From a virus: a stretch of 27,463 bases of DNA. The stretch spans positions 1 to 27,463 of IMG/VR virus record IMGVR_UViG_3300014202_000478; one strand, written 5' to 3'. Of the stretch, positions 17,756-26,253 are shown piece by piece; the stretch's first letter is position 1, and the number at the start of each line of letters is the position of its first letter. Both the position numbers and the translations under genes were made by a program. Below the pieces are notes generated by a model. That model had not been told where the DNA came from, made no database searches, and saw only the letters and a list, made by a program, of their open reading frames with translations.

Positions 17756-18240
17756 TAACGTCTCTGAACAAAGGATTTGGGGAGTGCGCCATAGCCGCTG
17801 CCCGACGAACTATTGTAGAGCGATTTCTTAGAGATTTCGATTCTCATGCCTTTAGGCAAATCGGGCGTCTTCGTAACCAGTTTCTCAATTTTAGCATTGT
17901 CCGTCAAGTAGAAACTGGTTACTTTTCCGTAAGACTGAATAGGCGGATCAGGATGTTCCAATGTAAAAACTGCATTCTCATCAGGCTGCAAATCAAGCAG
18001 CAATTCTATATTGTTACCAAAATACATTGCTTGGTTGATTACATCCCACTTTACTTTGGCTGCTGTTTTACCAGTATTCTTAATTGAATACATATAAACA
18101 TAGCCATCGCCAACTTTACTAACCTTACACGACATTTCTATAGAGGAATTGTCGCCGCCGAAACTACTTTTCATTTCTTGATCTAGTGGGTAGGGCGTTT
18201 GGGCGACTAATAACGACGACAGGGCTAGTGCCAAAAACAT
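17755..18240 (-). CDS. Secreted hypothetical protein
   Basis: Signal-peptide-like N-terminus; SD AGGAG. Confidence 0.7.
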   Translation of the reverse strand: MFLALALSSLLVAQTPYPLDQEMKSSFGGDNSSIEMSCKVSKVGDGYVYMYSIKNTGKTAAKVKWDVINQAMYFGNNIELLLDLQPDENAVFTLEHPDPPIQSYGKVTSFYLTDNAKIEKLVTKTPDLPKGMRIEISKKSLYNSSSGSGYGALPKSFVQRR

Positions 18241-18248
18241 AAAGACTC

Positions 18249-18461
18249 CTATGAGTTTACAAGATTCTCTTCTTTGTCAAAGTAGTATTTTAGCACATTT
18301 TCCATAGATGACCTAGTTTTTTTTAATTCTTTTACCAACGATTGTTCCATTTCATTAAGTGTGCCAAGATAGCCGTGTTCAACACAGTCTAGGTAGTTTT
18401 TCAATTGCATGTGGGCACCGATCAGCATAGAATGACGAACTCTGGTGGTTTGAAGGTCCAT
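18249..18461 (-). CDS. Hypothetical protein
   Basis: SD GAGGAG. Confidence 0.7.
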   Translation of the reverse strand: MDLQTTRVRHSMLIGAHMQLKNYLDCVEHGYLGTLNEMEQSLVKELKKTRSSMENVLKYYFDKEENLVNS

Positions 18462-18518
18462 GTTTTTCTCCTCATGGGAAATTCACAACATTTTAACGCC
18501 AGGGATATATAATACAAG

Positions 18519-19061
18519 ATGAAATTTTCACAATGGTTTGCTGAAATGGATCAACAACAGCCGCTACCCGACCCAAGGCAATTTTCCTATCTTGCCTGTG
18601 TCCTAGATTTGTCTAGTCAAACCCACTTGGAAGCCTTAGCAGAGAAGTGGGCTATGGAGAAAATGGGGCATAGTATTCCTCCTAACTGGCGTTGGCGTTC
18701 CCACCACATGACCGTCTTACCGCCTCGTAGCGGTGGTCTAACACTGCCAGACCTAGAACTTTATAAGCCATTCTTTGGCCAAACGGTCAAACTACATGTT
18801 ACCGCCATCGCCGCCGATGATAAATGCATGGCTGTAACCGTAAAAGCCGATCCAGCCAACTTCAAGATAGTTGCGCCAATACCTCATATAACTGTTGCAC
18901 ATAGCAATGATGTATCACCAGTTTACAGCAACAATCTATTGATGGATCGCAGTAAAATCCATGCTTTGGACACCACTGAACTTCTCTCAACATTTGTCGC
19001 TGTAAAGAGAAATCAGTCAGATGTTTGGCCTATGCCTAGATTCCAGATAGCTAAGGCTTAA
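18519..19061 (+). CDS. 2H phosphoesterase (cyclic phosphodiesterase-like)
   Basis: Two HxT motifs (HHMTV, PHITVA); N-terminus MKFSQWFAE; TATATA 7 nt upstream. Confidence 0.75.
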   Translation: MKFSQWFAEMDQQQPLPDPRQFSYLACVLDLSSQTHLEALAEKWAMEKMGHSIPPNWRWRSHHMTVLPPRSGGLTLPDLELYKPFFGQTVKLHVTAIAADDKCMAVTVKADPANFKIVAPIPHITVAHSNDVSPVYSNNLLMDRSKIHALDTTELLSTFVAVKRNQSDVWPMPRFQIAKA

Positions 19062-19623
19062 ATATAACCCGTCTACCAACAACCTCTAGTTTTTGGGCAG
19101 CAAACATGTTAATTGCCTGACGGTAAGCGACTTTCTCTTGTTCAAAGACCCTCGCCGCCAACGTCTCGGAAGTATCTTCAGGATAGACTGATACAGTTCT
19201 TTGTATTATTATAGGTCCGTGGTCGTACTCATTATCAACGAAATGCACCGTACAACCAGACACTTTTACTCCACTGGCAATTACTGCGTCGTGAACATGG
19301 TGCCCATACATCCCCTTTCCACAGAAGGATGGGATAAGTGATGGGTGGATGTTCATAACTCGATTAGTCCAGGCTGGCGGTATTTCTAGTAACTTAATCC
19401 AACCAGCCATGACAACTAAATTGACTGAATGACTTTCCATGTAAGGGAAAATGTCATTTGTGCATGTATAGGGTATGTTATTAGCTCTTGCATATTCTAT
19501 TCCTGGCACTTCTTTGTGAGCTACTACACACTGGACAGTTGCATATAGTATGCTTTGCTTAGACAGGTCTATCAGATGTTTTAGGGTTCTGCCCGTACCC
19601 CCGATTAAGACACCGATTTTCAT
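19051..19623 (-). CDS. purN: Phosphoribosylglycinamide formyltransferase
   Basis: LVVMAGW, NIHPSLIPSF, SGCTVHFVDNEYDHGPII. Confidence 0.9.
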   Translation of the reverse strand: MKIGVLIGGTGRTLKHLIDLSKQSILYATVQCVVAHKEVPGIEYARANNIPYTCTNDIFPYMESHSVNLVVMAGWIKLLEIPPAWTNRVMNIHPSLIPSFCGKGMYGHHVHDAVIASGVKVSGCTVHFVDNEYDHGPIIIQRTVSVYPEDTSETLAARVFEQEKVAYRQAINMFAAQKLEVVGRRVIFKP

Positions 19624-20273
19624 AGGTCCATCTCAAAAAGTTCTTCTTCACCAGAGAAAATACGTTTTACCGTTGCGTTCATTTCACCTTTAATTGAGTT
19701 GCGGTCTTTAGGGCTGCCGTGGAAGCCGATATCGTAGTAAATAGGGTGTAACACTTCCAATAACGTAAAGTTGGACGTGTAATCAATTACAGGCTTATCT
19801 TCTTTCTTCTGGTTTGGCCCCCAAATTTTGAATTTGGTGTTCAATTTCACTGGAACATGTGCAATATTACATAATTCGACATAGGAAAGACTAACCTGCT
19901 TGCCCTCTGTCTTGCTCTTACGCTTACGGACACCAAGCCATTCCAGCCAAATCTGGATATCTTTCTTCCATATCTGACCACTGCGGAAAATTTCAATGTA
20001 GGCTAGTTCATCATCCTTCTTAGCCTTACGATTCACTTCCTTATGCCAGTCGTCAATGCTGTTTATATCTGAATAAACGGAAACAATGGCAGAGAGAGCT
20101 TCATTGTTGGCGACGACGTTCATAATTTGTTTGAGCGTGACGCCTTCTTCGATATCACAGTGATGGTTAATGTGACGGGCAGGTTCTTTTTCGAGATAAA
20201 CTTCTTCTTTATCTAGTTTGTCATTCCAGCGGTAAGTTTTAAGGCCACGTTTCGTAAAAACGCAATAAGACAT
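19620..20273 (-). CDS. Hypothetical protein
   Basis: SD AGGAGA; own sigma70 promoter; coupled to purN. Confidence 0.75.
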   Translation of the reverse strand: MSYCVFTKRGLKTYRWNDKLDKEEVYLEKEPARHINHHCDIEEGVTLKQIMNVVANNEALSAIVSVYSDINSIDDWHKEVNRKAKKDDELAYIEIFRSGQIWKKDIQIWLEWLGVRKRKSKTEGKQVSLSYVELCNIAHVPVKLNTKFKIWGPNQKKEDKPVIDYTSNFTLLEVLHPIYYDIGFHGSPKDRNSIKGEMNATVKRIFSGEEELFEMDL

Positions 20274-20306
20274 TGTTTCTCCTAAGTTTTCAGGAAGTAA
20301 ACTCCT

Positions 20307-20335
20307 ATTATATTGTTATTTTATTATGGAGTCAA
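20307..20335 (-). promoter_or_regulatory. Sigma70-type promoter TTGACT-N17-TATAAT
   Basis: Near-consensus hexamers with a 17-nt spacer, upstream of the 20273/purN operon. Confidence 0.8.
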
Positions 20336-20349
20336 TGTAAATATACTTG

Positions 20350-21000
20350 ATGGAATTTCTTCTACAACATTACAAGATAATCAAGGAAGACAAAGAATTG
20401 GTCTATTTTGATGGCGGCATAGCTGTTCAAAAGGACCGTACTCAAAGTATTGAGTATGATAAAGACTACTTCGAAAAGTACACCAGCTATGAAGGTACGC
20501 CAATAGCTATTGTATTGAACGAAAGCCGCGTGTCAATCACGCAAAAATATTGTAAAAAAGCTTTACTTGATATCGGGATAGGTTCTGGAGAATTTATAAA
20601 GTCTTCAAGCCGTAAGGTTTATGGATTCGATATTAACCCTTTGGGGGTTGAATGGCTAAAATCCCGTGATTTGTATGTCAATCCCTACGAAAGTGTTCCA
20701 GAAGATTTAGGCGGCTGGACGTTTTGGGATAGTCTTGAGCATTTTGCGGAACCGCAGGACATTCTGACACAGATTCCAGCAAATCACTATGTATTTATAT
20801 CAATTCCCGTGTTTCATGATGTATTATTGGTCAAAGAGTGGAAACATTATAGACCTAATGAGCATTATTACTATTTCAGTTTTCGCGGAGTAGTCAACTA
20901 CATGAAACACTCTGGTTTCAAGTTAATAGACCATAACGATGAAGAAATTGTAGCGGGACGCCAGGATATACTTACTTTTGTGTTTCAGCGTCAACCATAA
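20350..21000 (+). CDS. Class I SAM-dependent methyltransferase
   Basis: LDIGIGSG, GFDIN, WDSLEH; TAAATA 6 nt upstream of ATG 20350. Confidence 0.85.
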   Translation: MEFLLQHYKIIKEDKELVYFDGGIAVQKDRTQSIEYDKDYFEKYTSYEGTPIAIVLNESRVSITQKYCKKALLDIGIGSGEFIKSSSRKVYGFDINPLGVEWLKSRDLYVNPYESVPEDLGGWTFWDSLEHFAEPQDILTQIPANHYVFISIPVFHDVLLVKEWKHYRPNEHYYYFSFRGVVNYMKHSGFKLIDHNDEEIVAGRQDILTFVFQRQP

Positions 21001-21193
21001 AGAACTTCAACTGAATATCGCCCAATTCAGTTGCAATTTCCTTCTTGGTGGCATTGGTCATGCCCTTGCGGTAGCAAATCCATACTGCCCATTTGCCATG
21101 TTCGTTCATTTCAACTTTGGAACTCTCGAAGAATGGCTGTCTTTTTAAGAACTCGCTGTAATTTCTTTCCAATCTTTTTAACTTATCAAACAT
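20972..21193 (-). CDS. Hypothetical protein
   Basis: TAATG coupling to the upstream gene. Confidence 0.65.
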   Translation of the reverse strand: MFDKLKRLERNYSEFLKRQPFFESSKVEMNEHGKWAVWICYRKGMTNATKKEIATELGDIQLKFFMVDAETQK

Positions 21194-21558
21194 TATTGAA
21201 CCTTGTCTTCTTTACCCCTTACTTGGACATAAAACACAAAAGAGTTTGGTAAAGGCTGTCCTGTCTTTTTATCAGTTTGTTGATGATAACGCAAGAATAA
21301 TTTAGTATTTCCTTGGTCATAATTCAAGATATCTTTCAATCTTGATGCACATGCATTGATAAACTGGTGGCTTCCCGTAACTCTTAATCCATCATACATA
21401 TACGTCGAGCCACGGTACTCATCTGGAACAATATTCAGTGGCTGAATTGGGATAGATGAGGGAAGTGTCTTCCAAAATTGCACTATCTCCTTCTTTTTAG
21501 CCTTCCAGGGCTTTTGGGTAAATTCTGCTTGTTCGCACCAATTCTTGAAACTGAACAT
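21193..21558 (-). CDS. Hypothetical, probable late/virion protein
   Basis: Start moved to ATG 21558 (MFSFKNWCE); CATAAATA 4 nt upstream. Confidence 0.7.
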   Translation of the reverse strand: MFSFKNWCEQAEFTQKPWKAKKKEIVQFWKTLPSSIPIQPLNIVPDEYRGSTYMYDGLRVTGSHQFINACASRLKDILNYDQGNTKLFLRYHQQTDKKTGQPLPNSFVFYVQVRGKEDKVQ

Positions 21559-21571
21559 ATTGTATTTATGC

Positions 21572-21898
21572 CTAGTTAGCACTTTTATATAAAATTACCC
21601 AAAATGGATCGGAAGGTTGATTTATTTTGTCGTGTAGGACATAGAAATTCAGCCTGTGGAACTTTCTAGGTGCCTTTAAAACAGCTTCAATCCCAAAGTT
21701 GGAATAACGCAGGTGATGTGCTATTCCAACTTTGGGACCAAATTCTGAGGGACAAGCTGGCTGTTTTCTCTCAGGGAAAATAACTGGTAAAACGTTAGGC
21801 ATTTTATTAAACCATGCCTTGGTTTCTGACGAACTTTTTACCAGAACTAACTCCTGCTCTAAAATAGCCTCGCCTCGGTTTAGCCAATAATTCATCAT
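21572..21898 (-). CDS. Hypothetical protein
   Basis: 108-aa ORF in operon orientation. Confidence 0.65.
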   Translation of the reverse strand: MMNYWLNRGEAILEQELVLVKSSSETKAWFNKMPNVLPVIFPERKQPACPSEFGPKVGIAHHLRYSNFGIEAVLKAPRKFHRLNFYVLHDKINQPSDPFWVILYKSAN

Positions 21899-21914
21899 CG
21901 TACAGTATGTACGA

Positions 21915-22711
21915 TTATTGGTTGATTAATAGTTCAAATTGTCCCTTTTTCAATATTGCGTCTACATTGGACACCTTTTTGTTAAATCGGTGATCTGTAA
22001 CCCTATGTTCTAAAAGGTTATAAGTTCTAATCTTATTGCCGCGATTACCGTCCATGAGTTCCTTCCTCATTTGGGAGTAAACTGACTGCTCCTTATTCTG
22101 GAGATAGTCATTCACTTTCGCGGTAATAATCCTAGTGGCTTCACGTTTGTTGCTATGCTGGTCACGTCCATTAATGAATACTTGTATCCCTGTGGGGATA
22201 TGACGCATACGAACAGCGCTAGCTGTCTTATTTTGGTGCTGTCCACCTGGACCGTGACCGCATTGTGTGGTAACATCCAATTCGTTCTGAGGAATTGGTT
22301 TCTGAGTGTTATCAGGTGGCAACGGTAAGATAGCAACAGCCACTACGGATGTTTGCTTTCTTCCCCGCGTCTCTGTAGGAGGTATACGTTGAATAATATG
22401 CTTGCCAGTTTCGTGCTTAAAGAAGCGTCCTGCCCCTCTACCACTCACTTTGGCAACCACATGGCCATTTTCAGAATCCAAAATCTCTACAGCCAGAGCA
22501 TGAGCCACAGCATATTTCACATATGCAGCGAATAAGTCGTGGACAAAGAGCTTGGAGTCTGTGCCACCTTCACCGAATTGTATTTCTAAAATTATTTCCG
22601 AACTTTTGTCAAAGACAGTCTAGGAGCGGAGATTGGGCGGGAGTGGTAGCGGAGCTAAAGAGACACCATTTTCTGGCCATTTTCTTGCGATTTCCAATTT
22701 TTCTTCTTCAT
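21915..22711 (-). CDS. RF1-type peptide chain release factor lacking domain 1; 5' end requires recoding
   Basis: QRIPPTETRGRKQTS (PxT), GPGGQHQNKT (GGQ), IRTYN, RVTDHR. Homology extends upstream of the GTG at 22520 (DKSSEIILEIQFGEGGTDSKLFVHDLFAAY) to an in-frame TAG at 22622-22620. The ATG with SD AAGGAGA is at 22711 in another frame. Confidence 0.85.
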
Positions 22712-22741
22712 GATACTTTCTCCTTTGGTAATATATAGAAC

Positions 22742-23068
22742 ATGAAAACATTTCTTTTTTGGCTTTTCCTTTTCGCCTTGATCTGGATTCACTCCGTAGA
22801 TATGGAGCTTACCAGATACTATATAGGCAATCAATGGGAAAACGAAACCTTCCCATTAATGAGGATGTGCATTAAAGAATTTGGCATTTATAATGCCCTC
22901 TGGATCAGTAGAGTATTTAGCTACCTATTTTTCTTCTTCTGTTTCCTTCGCAGGAAAGAAGACAACATTGTATTCATGATGTTCCTTATCACTATAATTT
23001 ATTACACAGGTATGATCCCGTGGCTGTTTAACTTGGGTCTAATGGAATGGCCACTGCCCCAATGTTAA
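22742..23068 (+). CDS. Membrane protein
   Basis: Three hydrophobic segments; TATATA 4 nt upstream. Confidence 0.7.
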   Translation: MKTFLFWLFLFALIWIHSVDMELTRYYIGNQWENETFPLMRMCIKEFGIYNALWISRVFSYLFFFFCFLRRKEDNIVFMMFLITIIYYTGMIPWLFNLGLMEWPLPQC

Positions 23069-23305
23069 TCACCACATGTAACGGACAAAGTTCCATATTT
23101 CTTCAGCCTCAAGCCAGAAGTCTACTTCGTGGTACATTGGCTTACCTTGTTTCTCCCACAATTTGTAAGCAATGTAGGCCAAAACCGTATCCTTGATAGC
23201 GTTGAAATCCTTGGCTTCTGGTCCCCAACCGTGTTGACATTGTGGTAACTTTTTAATTTCCTCGTCAATCTTTTTCTTGATTTCGAGAACTTCTAAGTCG
23301 TTCAT
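23069..23305 (-). CDS. DUF2934-like protein
   Basis: IAYKLWEKQGKP...DFWLEAEEI. Confidence 0.65.
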   Translation of the reverse strand: MNDLEVLEIKKKIDEEIKKLPQCQHGWGPEAKDFNAIKDTVLAYIAYKLWEKQGKPMYHEVDFWLEAEEIWNFVRYMW

Positions 23306-23952
23306 AGCGTACCTCGCATCCGTTCGGAAGTGTATCTAGTGCTTAAATTCCTGTAAAGCGCCCTGCCATCCTTCTTGGCGTAACACATATCATTGAAATA
23401 ATGACTTTCATCTTTCATCTGTTCATAAAATGCCCAATCGTTTGCTATGCCGTTCTTCAAATTGTAACAGGTGGAATACTTGTATTTCTCTGCCATCTTT
23501 CTTGAGAATGAATAATTGGCAATGTCAATCTTCCCCTTCACTATTGGGAAAATCGGCAGTTCAATTAAACCCTTAAACAGTATCTTCGAAAGGATAACAT
23601 CTGCCTTGTCGTGGACTCCAGCAACAACATCAAGGAAGTTATGAGCATATACCAATAGGTCGGCATCAAAGAAAAAGTAACGCTCCGATTTGAAGTTTTC
23701 AATAGCGTAGTTGCGTCTTTTGGCAATATTGACTAATATGGTTTCTAACTTTGGCGTCTCTTCATATGGCGTCTCAACGTATATGAATCGGTCATCGTTT
23801 GCTGCAATTACGATATTTTTAATAATTGGGGATGCGCCATTACTAATTAATATATGTTTGAAATTTTTATAAGTTTGATCTTTAAGGTCTTGGAGTAATC
23901 CAGGTACGGCTGCGAAAGCTTCATCAAAAACAGGTGTAATTATACAAAACAT
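23302..23952 (-). CDS. Glycosyltransferase family 2
   Basis: IITPVF, QTY, RNYAI, FFDAD (DxD), DW. Confidence 0.85.
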   Translation of the reverse strand: MFCIITPVFDEAFAAVPGLLQDLKDQTYKNFKHILISNGASPIIKNIVIAANDDRFIYVETPYEETPKLETILVNIAKRRNYAIENFKSERYFFFDADLLVYAHNFLDVVAGVHDKADVILSKILFKGLIELPIFPIVKGKIDIANYSFSRKMAEKYKYSTCYNLKNGIANDWAFYEQMKDESHYFNDMCYAKKDGRALYRNLSTRYTSERMRGTL

Positions 23953-23961
23953 AGGATATTT

Positions 23962-24576
23962 ATGAATAAATGGACCATTTTCGGTACTAGCGATTTAATG
24001 CTAGAAATGATAGACGCTATCTATGACACTGGTGATGAACTTCATCAAATAGTCATCAATATGCCCATCCCCGAAAAGTCTATGCCAGATATTAAAGAAT
24101 ATAATATCACTAAAATAGAAGATTATAAGCCAAATTATGAGCAAAATATATTTGGTTTCACCGATTGCAACAAAGATGCCTTTCTTAAAGCCTTGCCAGT
24201 CATTGCTTTTTCTAATCTGATCCATCCAGTTTCATATCAAGCTTCTACCGCCCATTTTGGGTGGGGTAATTATGTTGCCGCAGGCGCTGTTATTGGTGCC
24301 AAAGTAGTCTTTCAATGCCATAACATAGTGAATCGTAACGCTTCCATTGGGCATCACACCGAAATTGATTCATTTAACAACTTTGGGCCTGGAAGCATTA
24401 TTTGTGGGCGATGCCAAATAGGTTGTAAGAATTTCTTTGGTGCAGGTAGCATTGTCAAAGACCGAATACGAATAGGCAACAACGTCACCATAGGCGCTGG
24501 TGCCGTTGTTGTGAATGATATTTTAGATGCGGGAGTCTATGTTGGCATCCCAGCCAAGAGATTCAATCCTTCTTGA
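23962..24576 (+). CDS. NeuD/PglD-like sugar O/N-acetyltransferase
   Basis: NLIHP, hexapeptide repeats, IGHH, IGAGAVV, GIPAK. Confidence 0.88.
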   Translation: MNKWTIFGTSDLMLEMIDAIYDTGDELHQIVINMPIPEKSMPDIKEYNITKIEDYKPNYEQNIFGFTDCNKDAFLKALPVIAFSNLIHPVSYQASTAHFGWGNYVAAGAVIGAKVVFQCHNIVNRNASIGHHTEIDSFNNFGPGSIICGRCQIGCKNFFGAGSIVKDRIRIGNNVTIGAGAVVVNDILDAGVYVGIPAKRFNPS

Positions 24577-24994
24577 TCTTGTCGAGTAGAGCTTGCTTGT
24601 CAGCCAAAGGCAAATCCTGCCCCTTGGCACCTTCAGCCCTGGCTAGCATTTCTCGCACCTGTTCTGATGCTTCAGGTGACAATTTAACTTCGGCTTCTTC
24701 CATGTCGTCAGGGTCGCCCAAGCAAATTTCCATCCACCGCTTCATGGTCATTTGGGGAAGGGGTTGGGTTGGGTCTGTAAAGGTATCAGGCATTTGTTTT
24801 TCTAGCTTGGGTGGATTGGCCTGAAACCACACTTCGGCGGGATAATTACCAACTTTAATGCCAATCCCGAAGTTCGGGATGGACATTTGAGAGTCTTCAA
24901 GAAGACTTTCCAGGTTGGCTGCTGCCATTTCGGGGGTTGGCCCGTCCATGCGGATATTAACTTTGGCAACTATGCTAAATTCATAAACTGGCAT
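24563..24994 (-). CDS. Hypothetical protein
   Basis: Start moved to ATG 24994 (SD AAGGA). Confidence 0.7.
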   Translation of the reverse strand: MPVYEFSIVAKVNIRMDGPTPEMAAANLESLLEDSQMSIPNFGIGIKVGNYPAEVWFQANPPKLEKQMPDTFTDPTQPLPQMTMKRWMEICLGDPDDMEEAEVKLSPEASEQVREMLARAEGAKGQDLPLADKQALLDKIKKD

Positions 24995-25029
24995 GATTTT
25001 TGTTCCTTTGGGCAATATATAAGTTTATA

Positions 25030-25407
25030 ATGAAGACGTTTAAAGAGTATGTGGTTATGCGAGAAGATGAAGCACCACCTGTTGGTGTAGACCCTGACAT
25101 GTGGGCCGCTGCTAGTGAGCGTATGAGAAACTATTTGAGAACTCAAGCTCAAGGTGCCGTCCCACAGGCTCCACAGGCCATTCCACAGCAGCCTGTCACT
25201 TACAGGGCCGCTAGAGCGTTGGGCACTAGATCGTCGTTGGGTGGCCCAATCCAGGGTCAAACAGGTCAGGGACTAGAAAGTATCCCAGCAGGCGGTAGAG
25301 TACCTTCCCATTTAGTAGCCCAAATACCTAGTGGTGATATCGCCCCAGGTTGGGAAACCGCCACTAAGTTCTACAAGGGCCGCGACGGAAGAATCTACAA
25401 GAAATAA
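25030..25407 (+). CDS. Hypothetical, probable internal head protein
   Basis: Start moved to ATG 25030 (MKTFKEYVVMRE); TATATA 8 nt upstream. Confidence 0.7.
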   Translation: MKTFKEYVVMREDEAPPVGVDPDMWAAASERMRNYLRTQAQGAVPQAPQAIPQQPVTYRAARALGTRSSLGGPIQGQTGQGLESIPAGGRVPSHLVAQIPSGDIAPGWETATKFYKGRDGRIYKK

Positions 25408-25408
25408 T

Positions 25409-25603
25409 TTAACCAAATAGCTCACGACATATGATTTGTGCTTCCCGATCTTCGGGATCATTGTCAATTGCCTTTTTAGCACACTCCATGTGGACAAAAG
25501 TATCAAATTCAAAGCAGAACACAAGATCATCGTCTTTGGTGTTGCAATACCAACAACCGCCGTCTTGTGGCGAGCATGTCATAATACATTCCTTACAAAC
25601 CAA
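25409..25603 (-). CDS. Small Cys/His-rich protein
   Basis: CWYC, HMEC motifs. Confidence 0.6.
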   Translation of the reverse strand: MVCKECIMTCSPQDGGCWYCNTKDDDLVFCFEFDTFVHMECAKKAIDNDPEDREAQIICRELFG

Positions 25604-25764
25604 TTGAACATGAACCCTAACAGGAAGACCTGTATCAACAATGATATAAACCCGACATAAAAAGGATCAGTGTCGGAACACCATTCCAGTCGTCTGCTGC
25701 GGCCAATTAGATTGGCGGTGATGCTGATTAACAGACAGACGATGATTAACAGTGGGTAAATCAT
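25579..25764 (-). CDS. Small membrane protein
   Basis: Two hydrophobic helices; ATGA coupling. Confidence 0.6.
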   Translation of the reverse strand: MIYPLLIIVCLLISITANLIGRSRRLEWCSDTDPFYVGFISLLIQVFLLGFMFNWFVRNVL

Positions 25765-25988
25765 AGAATTAGGTCAATTAACCTCTCCCGAAGTTCTGCT
25801 TTCGTCCACTTATCAGTAGTGTATTGGGCAAACAGCAGTTTAATGCTATACACTAGCTTACTGGCGCGTTGATCTTTGGGGTCGATTTCCCAGGTGGTGG
25901 GAACGAACCAATCAGAAAATTCTTTGGCTGTGATAACGCCGTCGATGTATTTGCATAGTTTATCAATGATGGCGTTCTCAAGAGACAT
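25761..25988 (-). CDS. Hypothetical protein
   Basis: Start moved to ATG 25988 (MSLENAIID) to avoid a long overlap with 25978..26253. Confidence 0.6.
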   Translation of the reverse strand: MSLENAIIDKLCKYIDGVITAKEFSDWFVPTTWEIDPKDQRASKLVYSIKLLFAQYTTDKWTKAELRERLIDLIL

Positions 25989-26253
25989 TGGGTTGGCCTT
26001 TGGCGCAATCGAGGTAATCTTCGAGGGCTTTTTCCAAACCGTATTCCTCAATTTCATTGCCATAACGAATATTGAACTCATTACGGTCGCCAACGAAGAA
26101 CCTGTTTTGGCACGCATGGCATTCACACCCATTAGGAATGTAAGGGTATTCACGCTCTGAATGACTATCATATAGCCAGTTTACGGCTTTACACTTTGGG
26201 CAATAGAACTTCCTATAGAACTCATAAAATTCTTGGATGTATAAGTCGCTCAT
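25978..26253 (-). CDS. Zinc-ribbon protein
   Basis: CPKC...CHAC. Confidence 0.7.
   Translation of the reverse strand: MSDLYIQEFYEFYRKFYCPKCKAVNWLYDSHSEREYPYIPNGCECHACQNRFFVGDRNEFNIRYGNEIEEYGLEKALEDYLDCAKGQPNVS

Noticed and set aside
21915-22520. ORF-track start of the release factor at GTG 22520
   Set aside because: It would omit the conserved ILEIxxGxGG strand and following helix of domain 2, and has no SD.
22620-22697. Simple -1 shift or TTG start into the RF frame upstream
   Set aside because: That frame has TAG at 22622-22620, so it would additionally need readthrough. Less parsimonious than the CTT-TGA-C site, though not excluded.
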